Shown here: one piece after another, positions 12,029 to 23,975 of the stretch
Layout of the letters: every line of letters begins with the position of its first letter
Position numbering within the stretch: position 1 is the first letter of the stretch
Assembly (NCBI RefSeq): GCF_001194135.2
Contig: NC_068988.1
Span: forward strand, 14,357,030-14,419,115
Source of the DNA: Octopus bimaculoides
Taxonomy: Eukaryota
DNA length: 62,086 nucleotides
Direction: 5' to 3'
Made by a program: the position numbers and the translations under genes
Notes under the pieces: generated by a model
Told to the model about the DNA's origin: nothing
What the model saw: the letters and a program-made list of their open reading frames with translations, nothing else
The model's database searches: none

Positions 12029-13166
12029 GCATGCATACATACATACATACATACATACATACATACATCCATATGTATACCAGTGATCTACTGCTCTCAT
12101 TCCCTCAATTTAGTCATCGTCTTTCCTCCCCTACAGAATTGACGACGCAACCAAACCAAAACATATCATTATTTTATATTTACTTGTGTGGATGTCAGCA
12201 TATTTATTCGAACATTTTTAACAACAACGTCAAAATCATCCAGTCAGCGGGTAGAAGCTGCTTCTAGCATTCGTAATTTTTTGCTTCACTGTTTTCCTTC
12301 TATTTATTTGTCTCTTTTGCGATCTTTTTCTACTTCATCATTATTTTTGTTAAAAATTTACCAATCTTATTAGCAACCTGCTAAACTTGGCTAAGCTAAT
12401 GCAGAGCCGTCAATCTATATCGGATTACAACAATAGTTAGATATTCTTCTTTGTTTTCCCATGTCGCTTCTGCACAGCTATGTTACTCAGCCAGGCTGTA
12501 AGGAAAATCTGTGTTGCAAAGAAAATAAGTAAACAAATAAGAGCATGCACATCTCCATAGGCAGGGTTTTGATATAATACAAATAGAATACAGATTTGCA
12601 CACACATACACGCACATATCATTATTAAAGCAACGGTTATATTAAATTATTATTTCCAGATTCAAAATAAACATAAAAATTCTTAGCATTTTTTTTACAT
12701 ATAAAAACGGCAAAACAAAACTGACTTAATATAGAAAGTTGGTTGTAATGCCTATCATTTTCTGAAGGAGACACGTCTCTAACACACACACACACAGATA
12801 TATATATATANNNNNNNNNNNNNNNNNNNNNNNNNNNNNNNNNNNNNNNNNNNNNNNNNNNNNNNNNNNNNNNNNNNNNNNNNNNNNNNNNNNNNNNNNN
12901 NNNNNNNNNNNNNNNNNNNNNNNNNNNNNNNNNNNNNNNNNNNNNNNNNNNNNNNNNNNNNNNNNNNNNNNNNNNNNNNNNNNNNNNNNNNNNNNNNNNN
13001 NNNNNNNNNNNNNNNNNNNNNNNNNNNNNNNNNNNNNNNNNNNNNNNNNNNNNNNNNNNNNNNNNNNNNNNNNNNNNNNNNNNNNNNNNNNNNNNNNNNN
13101 NNNNNNNNNNNNNNNNNNNNNNNNNNNNNNNNNNNNNNNNNNNNNNNNNNNNNNNNNNNNNNATGT

Positions 13167-13568
13167 ATAGGTGCAGCTGTGGTTGTGTGGTAAGAAGCTT
13201 GATTCCCAACCATATGGGTCTGGGTTCACTCCTCGGGCGAGTGTTTTCTATTTTACCCTCGGCCCGACCAAAGCTTTATGAGACGATTTGGTAGACGGAA
13301 ACTGAAAGGAGCCGTCATGTGTGTTTGTGTGTGTGTCTGTGTGTGTGTGTGTCTTTGTGCGTGTGTCTTTGTGTCTGTGTTTGTCCCCACCATCACCACA
13401 GGTGTTGGTGTGTTTGTGTCCACGTGATCTATCGGTTCGGCATGAGAAACCAATATAATAAGTAGTAGGCTTTAAAAAATAAGTTCGGGGTCGATTTGTT
13501 CGATTAAAGCCCTTCAAGGTGGTGCTCCAGCATGGCTGCAGTCAAATGACTGAAACACGTAAAAGAAT
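13167..13568 (+). mobile_element. SINE family B, near full length
   Basis: Same head, CORE-like and 3' modules as 3979-4399. Confidence 0.85.
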
Positions 13569-14695
13569 TTTTAAAAATATACATATATATGTATAAATAT
13601 TACATTGAAATATACGTGAATCGTAACAAGTGGCCATATGTTTCGCTTTTCAAACGAAAGAAATATTTTTTTCATGAAACGATGGAACACATGCATTTTC
13701 TAAAAATAAAAGATAAAACGAAATTAAATCAAAATTTATCTTCGCTTCTTCCTTTTCTTCTTCACTTTCTTGTTAAATTTTAGTTACTTTCCTTCTTCTT
13801 TTCTTGCTTTTCCAATCTCATTCACCTTTATTTTCTTCTCTTCTTCTCCTCCTCTCTCAGAATGTTGACCTGCTGTGCCAATAACCTATATTCTAGCCAT
13901 GGTTCATTATATTTGCTTTATATATTGACTCCTGCTTAAGGTTTATAGCTATGTAAATTTTCTTACTCTTTTGTCGTAATCAATTTAAAGAACTGCATTA
14001 TAAATTCATTTTACTGCACACTATATAATATGCCGTTCGATTTTATGTATTTTTCTTTACAACTAAGATTGTTTTCTCTGGTCTGTTAAACCCCCTGCCT
14101 AGAATTAATTCCTCTCACCTAATTCACTAAATTACTTCTCACTCCAATTCCATTTATAAATAGTTTCCTTGACAACAAAATTTTCTCTCCTTTATTGTTT
14201 GTCTCAGTATTAATCTCTAAATATTTTTTTTCTTTGTCATTTCCTTCTTACTGTTCTGCGCACCAAATTCTTTCATGAATTTCTGTACAAAAAACAGATT
14301 ATTGAATATCATTTTTTTTTTTTTTTTGGCATCTTACTTAAATTTCAAATAATTTAACTTGTATATTTAGAAAAAATATATATACTAATACTTACCATTA
14401 TATTCTTTGCAATAATTTTTTATTAATTAAACTAATACTTAATTCGTTTGCACAGCTTATATAAACCGAAACATATGGACATCTGTAAGGAATCACAATT
14501 GTTTTAATGTAATATTTAATAATATACATGCTTGCGCGCATATGTGTATGTATGTAATGTATATACATAGGAAGAATGGCCAACATACTGGGAAACATGA
14601 TAGGATAATCTTTTTAATTTTCTGTGTTGGATAAGAATAAAAAGATATACTTGCATTTCTTTACTTTCGTCAATACAGGCGTGTAACGGATATTT

Positions 14696-14736
14696 ATCTT
14701 CTGAAGAGCGGCCGACAAGCCATGAAACGTCAGGAT
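14696..14736 (+). ncRNA. Minimal type-I hammerhead ribozyme motif of Penelope-like-element type (partly decayed)
   Basis: Stem I AUCUU(14696-14700)/AGGAU(14732-14736). Core CUGAAGA 14701-14707. Stem II GCGGC/GCCAU with loop CGACAA. GAAAC-GUC with palindromic ACGU stem III. Predicted cleavage after C14731. Confidence 0.65.
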
Positions 14737-15437
14737 CAAGATATTTTCCTTTATTTTCCTATGTGCAACGACAAAAACGTGAATTGTTTCAACTTTTTAC
14801 TCACAAAATGTACGCAAGCCAGATTATGTGTATGTTTGTGTGTGTGTATGTGTATTGCATAATATTTTGTGGCAACGTATGTCTGGATAAATGGTAAATA
14901 ACTTTGCATGCTCAAGTGTGATAAGCATATATTTAACTTCGTTGTGTGAATAGCGTCACGTGTCTTCACTGACTATTTTACCCAGTGAGTATAAATGTAT
15001 ATTTATCAACAAGTATGCAAGTAAACTTTTATAGAATGTGAATATATATATGTNNNNNNNNNNNNNNNNNNNNNNNNNNNNNNNNNNNNNNNNNNNNNNN
15101 NNNNNNNNNNNNNNNNNNNNNNNNNNNNNNNNNNNNNNNNNNNNNNNNNNNNNNNNNNNNNNNNNNNNNNNNNNNNNNNNNNNNNNNNNNNNNNNNNNNN
15201 NNNNNNNNNNNNNNNNNNNNNNNNNNNNNNNNNNNNNNNNNNNNNNNNNNNNNNNNNNNNNNNNNNNNNNNNNNNNNNNNNNNNNNNNNNNNNNNNNNNN
15301 NNNNNNNNNNNNNNNNNNNNNNNNNNNNNNNNNNNNNNNNNNNNNNNNNNNNNNNNNNNNNNNNNNNNNNNNTGGTCTGGAGTTTAGAAAACAACAGTAA
15401 CGACACAAAATTCTTGTAATTACGTCGTTGCAAATTA

Positions 15438-15517
15438 AAGAAGAAGAAGAAGAAGAAGAAGAAGAAGAAGAAGAAGAAGAAGAAGAAGAAGAAGAAGAAG
15501 AAGAAGAAGAAGAAGAA
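15438..15517. repeat. (GAA)n tract, about 26 units
   Basis: Direct reading. Confidence 0.95.
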
Positions 15518-15905
15518 GCTATACCTGGATCCTCAACACTACACACTATCCAAAAAATTGCCCTACTAGGAACATCCCACATCCTATGTAAGACACAATC
15601 AGTTCAATAATATAGCCTAAACAAAATAACCCACAAACACAAGACACACTCTATAGAGTAATTATCCAGTAAAATGAACTTCCACCAGCAATCCAGATAA
15701 CTCAACGCACAATAGAAGCAGCAATACAACAAATGACTACACCACACCTCAAGAGAAAAAAACTACCGGGAAATATTTGAACACTACCAACAACAAAAAA
15801 GAACACAATTCTGCACAAAACCCCAGTAACACGAGGTGTAGCAGCTGATGCCATAGAAATTTGCCTGAAACTACCAAATGTTGTACAATTATAATAATAA
15901 TTATA
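15518..15905 (+). mobile_element. 3' end (C-terminus plus 3' UTR plus (TAA)n tail) of an R4/Dong element
   Basis: AIPGSSTLHTIQKIALLGTSHILCKTQSVQ* matches the IPG..IQK..LLGTAHILR terminus. An A/C-rich UTR ends in ATAATAATAATTATAAT. Fused at its 5' end to (GAA)n. Confidence 0.8.
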
Positions 15906-17134
15906 ATCGTCTCGATTATTATCAACAGAAATACAAATGCTACATTTATCAAGAAACGTGCCTATACGGGCCAACGAGAAACTTGTACAAAGTCCTCAGC
16001 CTATAACAGACAAATCTTGCTCAAATTTCACCCTAACATTTTCATAAGAAAGGAAACGCTTTGTATAGTGTAGAGCTTGATGGGCAATGCCCGGATGTGA
16101 TGTTTGTAGCATCTAAGCCTTTTATCTTACGAACATGCAATCTGGTATGGCCTGCGTTAAACGACAGTAATATTTGACAACACATCAGTAGCACTTTACC
16201 CTCGTTTCTCATAAATCCTAAGATTTGTTATCGGATGAATATGCCTCTGAGCGATGATACATCTAATCCAATACACAGTTATACGACAAAGATTAAGATT
16301 ATCAAACTGAACTAAATAATACTTAAGCCTTAAACAGCTTATGGATTTACACACGCTGTAAGTTATCCTTACACTGACAAGTTATAACATACATATTCGA
16401 AATCTATTCTCACTCTCATAGCGTTTTATTCCCCAACGCCATTTTTATTCAAATACATACCCTTCTACTGATCTCTATTAATCTTTTGTCTCTTCTACTG
16501 CTACTGCAAATATCTTTTCCATCTCACTTTCACATAAACCCATTTGTATCACCAATATTTTATCTTCTCTCACACAGTAGACCCCGATTAATGTACTTTT
16601 CGTAAATTCCTTGTACCCCAAATGCCGACGTTCGAAATTTCTCTCCGGGACAGTGTTAATCTTTATGTATTAAAACTCAGCCACAGGGAGTTTGATTGGC
16701 AGAGTATGAGAGGTTTTGGCACTACATATCTGGTGTCGCTGATTGGACATTGATTATTTAAGGTTTCAACACCCCTCTCACTCACTCAGCTCTCTCTCTT
16801 TCTCTCTTTTTCTCTATTTATGTGAGCGTATTTCTCTTTATATGCATGAGGAAGGGGGAAGTGTTTATGTCAATCGTGTTCATTTAATAAATTGTACCTT
16901 CTCTCTNNNNNNNNNNNNNNNNNNNNNNNNNNNNNNNNNNNNNNNNNNNNNNNNNNNNNNNNNNNNNNNNNNNNNNNNNNNNNNNNNNNNNNNNNNNNNN
17001 NNNNNNNNNNNNNNNNNNNNNNNNNNNNNNNNNNNNNNNNNNNNNNNNNNNNNNNNNNNNNNNNNNNNNNNNNNNNNNNNNNNNNNNNNNNNNNNNNNNN
17101 NNNNNNNNNNNNNNNNNNNNNNNNNNNNNNNNNN

Positions 17135-17361
17135 AGCATCGGTTGTCAAGCAATGCTAGGGGGAAAAACACACACACATATACATATACAAATATATACA
17201 TATATACGAGGGCTTCTTTCAGTTTCCGTCTACCAAATCCACTCACAAGGCTTTGGTCGGCCCGAGGCTATAGTAGAAGACACTTGCCCAAGGTGCCACG
17301 CAGTGGAACTGAACCCGGAACCATGTCGTTGATAAGCAAGCTACTTACCACACAGCCACTA
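17135..17361 (-). mobile_element. SINE family B, 5' two-thirds, well conserved
   Basis: GGGCTTCTTTCAGTTTCCGTCTACCAAATCCACTCACAAGGCTTTGGTCGGCCCGAGG...CACACAGCCAC. Confidence 0.9.
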
Positions 17362-19129
17362 TTTCCCGCACGCACGTGCGAGAGTGTTTGCCGTCAGTAC
17401 CAGAAATTACTGTCACCAAAACAGTTTCTGCATCCAGTCCGCTGTGCTAATTTGCGAGCGCCCAAACAGCCACGCCCAATGGCCTCTTCCACAATTGCAA
17501 GGATGGTTAAAGTGTTGCAATATTTGTTCCGGCTCCCCGTACTCTTAGCTCAAATCACACCATACTCAGTTTTGCCTTTCCCCTTTTCGAAATCGATAAA
17601 TATCAGACCAGTGCTAGTACAACTCATTCCTTCTACAATTGTCAAAAATTGGCTGTTTCACTTGGCCATCAGCATAAGACCTAAAAAAGTACTTGTGCAT
17701 GATATATACTACCAAATCATCTTCGATTACGAGCGATGTCTGTCGTCTCTTCACCTTAACTAAATGTCACGATCACCTAATCAAAACGTCTTGAAAAAAT
17801 CAATGAAAAAGTTGCGCTTCTTCCAGTTAAAATGTGTAAAAGAGAGAGTTTATAACTATAATTAAATTTCAACAAGCAATAAAGACAATGCAACTGGTGT
17901 CCCGCATAATGTATAGGGGTAAAAAGCTCTCTGATTCCAGATAAACACTTTCTTAGTTAAATGTTCTGGTGTAACAGTGTCCCTCTCTATTTCACACTCG
18001 CCATTCATAAAAATCTACTTCATCTGGGTTTCTGTCTTCAAACTCGAACTTAAAAATCTTTATGACTTTTGTTATTTCCAATCGCCTTCTCCAATGTCAC
18101 TTTCACTTTCGTTTCCTTCAATCACTTTCTCCAATATCGCTTAATTTTCACTTACCATCAAAATCAGAAGCGCTATTTGGTTAGTCTTATGATTTAATAC
18201 ATAGTTTTATGAACCTCATCTCTACAGCAACACATTGGTATAGTTCAACAGATCCGAATCTAGTATCGTTCTTTAACTATCATCTTTTATCGCTTACTTG
18301 CATCAGTCACTAGATGCGGCCATGCTGGGGCATTGCTTTGAAAGGTTTCGTTGAACAAATCTCCACCAGTACTTATTTTTAGGTCTAGTACTTTCTCTAT
18401 TAGTCGAAATTTAATTCGCCTTACTAGCTCAAATAAGTACTTTTCAAAAGGCTCCATTTCTATAATGGTGGTACATTTTTTTTTTCTGGACTTAACAGCA
18501 AGATTCAACAATATGACTTGCATATTTATTCTTGCCACATTCAGGTAAATTCGAACGTGAATATGCTTATCGCTGTTAATGAATTGAGTGTATTATGAAC
18601 ACATGTTAGTTGTAAAGGAGTTGCTCTCTTCTGTTACGAAGCACAACAGCGTTTAGCATACTCAAACTCGAATCTGCCGGAACGTATTAAGAATAGATAT
18701 TCGTGTCATTATATATATATATATATATATATATATGAACACGCACACACGCACACGCATGCACACACACACTCATATATACGTGAGCATCTGTATATGT
18801 GTATATGTTTGTATGTATGTATGTACGTGTGTGTCTGTTGGCCACCTAAGATATGACAGTACTGGTGTCTACGCATTTCATCGATGAGTTCTAAAAGGAA
18901 GAATTATATCCAGAATAATCTTATCACCGTTCTAGGATCAGAATTCTTACCTCCACTGCATCATTGTTTTAATTAAGTCTTATTAATTAAAATTTAGGAG
19001 TTATCCACCCACACCTCTGTTGTCTTCTTTGATCAAAAGTAACAATTAACCTACGTTGCTTTTATTTATTCTCAACACAATGGATGTAATATGAATTTAT
19101 TCACATATTTTGGTTCACTACATTGAGTA

Positions 19130-19420
19130 CAGGCGTGCCTCAACTTACGTTGTTTCGAGTTACGAAAAATAAACCTATACTTCAGTCGAATTATCCGATT
19201 TACGTCAGTCTCAACGAACACATTTAAAAGCAAAAGAATTTTTAAAAACACCTAAAAACCAATTATGTGGTGGAAAATTAAATAAAATTCTTGTGAAAAT
19301 GGCTACAAGCCTTTTATTTAAACAGATGTAAGCTAATACATTTTTTAAATGATTTTTCGTGTTACGACGTTTTTCTATTAGATCGCCTGTCTTGGAACCA
19401 ATTGAGTTGAGGTATGCCTG
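19130..19420. mobile_element. Tigger/pogo-like MITE (291 bp)
   Basis: TA|CAGGCGTGCCTCAACTT ... GAGTTGAGGTATGCCTG|TA: 17-bp imperfect TIRs with TA target duplication on both sides. Confidence 0.8.
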
Positions 19421-19629
19421 TATATTAGTAGCTATATTGCTATCTATTTTGCAGCCAGATGTAATTTTTTCAAACAGTTTCAAACGTAAATTCATACAAT
19501 CACACACGCAAAGAGGTATACTATAGGCTTCTGTACAGTTTCCGTCTCCCAACTTCACCCATAAAGTATTAGCTGGCCTAGAGCTACAACAGAGCAAACT
19601 TCTAAACCACGTCGTCTTAACTACATCTA

Positions 19630-19692
<63 letters not shown>

Positions 19693-20434
19693 TGTGTGTG
19701 CGTTTGTTTGTATATGCGTCTGTGTAGTACACAAACGTACACACGCACACTTCTGCGCGCACATATATATCTACTTATATACACATATAAGGAAGAGAGA
19801 GAAGAATAAAGAGGGAGGGAGAGAGAGAGAAAGAGGCTGAGATAGTGGGAGAGTAAAAGCAGCGTAGGAAGGAGGTAAAGATACATAGAAAGACATAATT
19901 ATTATGATAATATTATATAGAGTTCTTCAGTGGTGTGATCATAACAGCTGTATCTCAACGAAATCTCAATGCCTTAAACCGTGCTTCGACACTACCGCTC
20001 ATGAGATATAATGCACAATGAAAAAGCTTTATATTTATGTTTACACGATTCACAAGTTGGTAACATTAATTCTACTAACACACGGCAAGTATGTTAGTAG
20101 AATTGACACAAAGTCTTTCTCGTATGAGCGGTTAAATGGGATTGGTTAACGTCCCAAGGGTTGAACGAAGACGTCGATGATAACGAATGGGAATGAGAGA
20201 CAAAAATAACAACGACAACGATAATGATGATTTTAACAACAACAACAACAACAATAATCGGAACGGCAAAGAAGATGGAAGAATGGCCTTGGGACCAAAG
20301 TAACTTTTATTACTGTTTCGATCTCACCATGAATCTTCGCTCTAGTATATACGTATGTACGTATATATGTATGCATGAATGTGTGTGTGTGTGTGTATGT
20401 ATGCATGTATGAGCGTATATATATATATATATAA

Positions 20435-20475
<41 letters not shown>

Positions 20476-22044
20476 NNNNNNNNNNNNNNNNNNNNNNNNN
20501 NNNNNNNNNNNNNNNNNNNNNNNNNNNNNNNNNNNNNNNNNNNNNNNNNNNNNNNNNNNNNNNNNNNNNNNNNNNNNNNNNNNNNNNNNNNNNNNNNNNN
20601 NNNNNNNNNNNNNNNNNNNNNNNNNNNNNNNNNNNNNNNNNNNNNNNNNNNNNNNNNNNNNNNNNNNNNNNNNNNNNNNNNNNNNNNNNNNNNNNNNNNN
20701 NNNNNNNNNNNNNNNNNNNNNNNNNNNNNNNNNNNNNNNNNNNNNNNNNNNNNNNNNNNNNNNNNNNNNNNNNNNNNNNNNNNNNNNNNNNNNNNNNNNN
20801 NNNNNNNNNNNNNNNNNNNNNNNNNNNNNNNNNNNNNNNNNNNNNNNNNNNNNNNNNNNNNNNNNNNNNNNNNNNNNNNNNNNNNNNNNNNNNNNNNNNN
20901 NNNNNNNNNNNNNNNNNNNNNNNNNNNNNNNNNNNNNNNNNNNNNNNNNNNNNNNNNNNNNNNNNNNNNNNNNNNNNNNNNNNNNNNNNNNNNNNNNNNN
21001 NNNNNNNNNNNNNNNNNNNNNNNNNNNNNNNNNNNNNNNNNNNNNNNNNNNNNNNNNNNNNNNNNNNNNNNNNNNNNNNNNNNNNNNNNNNNNNNNNNNN
21101 NNNNNNNNNNNNNNNNNNNNNNNNNNNNNNNNNNNNNNNNNNNNNNNNNNNNNNNNNNNNNNNNTATATATATATATATACCTATACAGATGCATACACA
21201 CGTACACATAAGTATGATATATCTATATACATACTTATATATGTTTGCATGTGTGTGCCTGTGTATCCATAAAGATGTGAAAGAATTTATTTCGCGTAAT
21301 TACTGTTTTTTTCCCGTTTTTCCATTTTTTTACTTAGAGATTTCAAGCAGTTAATGGAAATTTTTTGGGCGAGGGAAAAAATATTGCATCTTTTGTATAG
21401 ATTCCCATCAAATCGTATTAATATTCTGTCTAGCAAGAGAGGCTGCGTGAAGTTAGTCAATAGTTACATAGTAAAAGGAAAGAGAAAAAAATTCACACCA
21501 TCATGAATGCAAGATTCCAGGTGTACATTTATCATATGGAACTAGCCTTATGGAACATATTGTGTGTTATTCCTACATTTAGTTTCTAAGTAGAAAAACC
21601 GTAATGTTCCAAAATTCTTTCAAGAGTAAATATTACTTGAGAGTATATTCCAAAAGAAAATTTTGAAATGAAGAATTAAAAATTAATTTAACTAATTTTA
21701 AAATTCCCATACTGAAGTATGAAGTTTAAAGAAAAATAGAAAATTTTAAAAATTAGAGTTACAATATGAAAACAAAGCTTATAGAAATTCTGCGTGATTA
21801 AATCTGAAATTCTTTAATTATTTTATTCTATTTTATATGTATTGTTATTAGGATTTTAATTTTAGATAAAATTAATTAAAGAAGGAGAAAGAATTTCTAA
21901 ATTAAAAGTAGGTTTGCAAATTTAGTTATTCAGTTTTTCACTCATTTCAGTTTAGAAGGCTTTTCACGTACTGCTGAGGAATTTTGTCGCTTGAAGGGAG
22001 TACGAATAAACAGCCTATCTCGAAATAGAAAAGCTATAAGTAAC

Positions 22045-22287
22045 AACTGGCACTCCGTCGGTTACAACGAGAATTCCATTTGATACGATCAACGGAATGG
22101 TCTGCTCATGAAATTAACGTGTAAGTGGCTGAGTATTCCACAGACACGCGTACCCTTAACGTAGTTCTCGGAAGAGATTTAGTGTGACACAGAACGTAAA
22201 AAAAACTGACACTTCGAATTACCGGTACAACTCATTTTCGCCAGCCGAGTGGGCTGGAATAACGTGATGTAAAGTGTCTTGCCCAAG
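22045..22287 (-). mobile_element. SINE family A, head missing
   Basis: GGCACTCCGTCGGTTAC...GAAATTAACGTG.AAGTGGCTGAG...CCACAGACACG.GTACCCTTAACGTAGTTCTC. Confidence 0.85.
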
Positions 22288-22734
22288 GGCTAACCCACTT
22301 ATTCTGAGTGAAGCCTTCGACTTGTTCTCTCCAAAGGGGTTTTTATTTAACCCAATATCTATACGTTATTACTTATGGCTTTTCTACTTCGCAATCCACA
22401 GTTTCAGAATTGAATTATTTCACATTATCTCTAAGTTTATAAATCCGTGTGACGTCAAAATAAATAAATGCTTCTAATACAAGTTCAAGAAATTTAGGAA
22501 GTGGGGTTAGTCGAAACAATTGATTCCAATAATTGACTGGTACTTTATTTCATCGAACTCGAAAGAATGAAAGAATAAAAGACAAAGTTGCCATCCCACT
22601 CAGCGGAATTTGAGCGCAGAATAAACAAACTTCGTTTGTTTATTTACGTTTGTCGTAATTTGAATTTAACATATGAGAGCGTCTCATAAAGCGAGATTTC
22701 TATACATCTTAAATTTGCAGAGGAATTTATAGTG

Positions 22735-22882
22735 GGGTAGTTTAGCTTAATCGGTCAAAGCATCGTGACGCGTAATCACGGGGAGGTGAGTTCGAGTCCA
22801 CAGCTAGCCAGGTAAACGTTTTTCTGCAAAATAGGGGTAGCTTATCCTGTTCAGGCTATATTATTAGCATTATTCTGCGATT
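22735..22882 (+). mobile_element. tRNA-like head (22735-22810) plus 72-bp tail: short tRNA-derived repeat or tRNA pseudogene family
   Basis: A-box TAGCTTAATCGG, D-stem GCTT/AAGC, anticodon stem CGTGA/TCACG around CGCGTAA, B-box GTTCGAGTC, 3' GCTAGCCA. Acceptor and T stems are imperfect. Tail is shared with 11786-11874. Confidence 0.6.
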
Positions 22883-23097
22883 AAATACATAAATATTTTT
22901 AAAAGCAAAAAGCTGTCCCATCAACTGAAAAAAAATGCGTAACAATTAGGCAGCTCGAGTGAGAGCAGCCCACAAAACATCCCCGCCAACCCAAAACTGC
23001 GTACGCCTTACATTGCTCTATGGACAAATTGTTCTCCTACATATCGGCCAAGGCCTCCTTCCGTTTATCCATAGAAAGCACACAAAACTTGCCTTTC

Positions 23098-23105
23098 GCT
23101 CTCTC

Positions 23106-23184
<79 letters not shown>
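23098..23184. repeat. (CT)n tract
   Basis: Direct reading. Confidence 0.95.
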
Positions 23185-23601
23185 ATCAAGCAATCTTTCT
23201 CCTTTCTCACGCTTTGGCATCTTTCCCAAGACATGAAAAACTATCGCTTTGAACATATGACTGAACGCTTATTGATCTTATCTATATCTAAAATTTCCTT
23301 TTTGGACATGAAATTTGCAAAATACAATTTATTGTTGTTATCCTTGTTGTTAGTGTTGTTATTCACGTCGTCAAAATTGCTCCCATTCGTATTAAAATTC
23401 ACTAAAATAATATTTTTTATTTAAAAAATTCTGCACTCTATTTTACGATTGTTCATTTTATTTTTACGTTCTTTTTCATTTGGCGCCGCCAAAGCTTTCG
23501 TTTGAGAAAGCTCCCCGATGTTTCGTGTTGAATATCAACTTAACACATCCAGAAATGATAGTGTTGCGAAACACGTCTTATCGAGATAAAATCCAATTTC
23601 T

Positions 23602-23975
23602 GCACAAGGCCAGCAATGTTAGGGAGGAGTAATTATCGATTACATCGACCCAATACTTAACTGGTACTTATTTTAACGACTGATAAAAGGCTAAGTCGAC
23701 CTTGCTGGAATTTGAACTCAGAACGTAAATATGGACGAAATGCCGCTAAGCATTTTGTCCGGTGTTCTAATAATCCTGCCAACTCACCACTTTAATAATC
23801 TACAATAGACACAAGAACTGGAATTTGGGAGGAGGGGCAAAGTCGATTAAAGCGACCATCGACTCCGAAAGGATGAAATGTTAAGTCGATGCCGGTGGAA
23901 TTTGAACTCAGGACATACAAACAGACGAAATGCCGCCAAACATTTTGCCCGGCGTGCTAACCATTCTGCCACTCA
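23602..23975 (-). mobile_element. Two tandem SINE family C copies
   Basis: 23602-23790 and 23805-23975 each contain AAGTCGA...GGAATTTGAACTCAG.AC.TA...GACGAAATGCCGC.AA.CATTTTG.CCGG. Confidence 0.8.

Noticed and set aside
13860-14310. Minus-strand KYLEIN...GILYSV suggesting a very old LINE
   Set aside because: Too degenerate to support by eye.
22735-22810. Functional tRNA-Thr(CGT) gene
   Set aside because: G33, a mismatched acceptor and T stem, an extra nucleotide, and a repeat-shared tail indicate a pseudogene or SINE head.
23308-23424. MKFAKYNLLLLSLLLVLLF signal-peptide-like ORF as candidate exon 1
   Set aside because: Hydrophobicity comes from a (GTT)-like repeat, and there is no suitable donor in the required phase.
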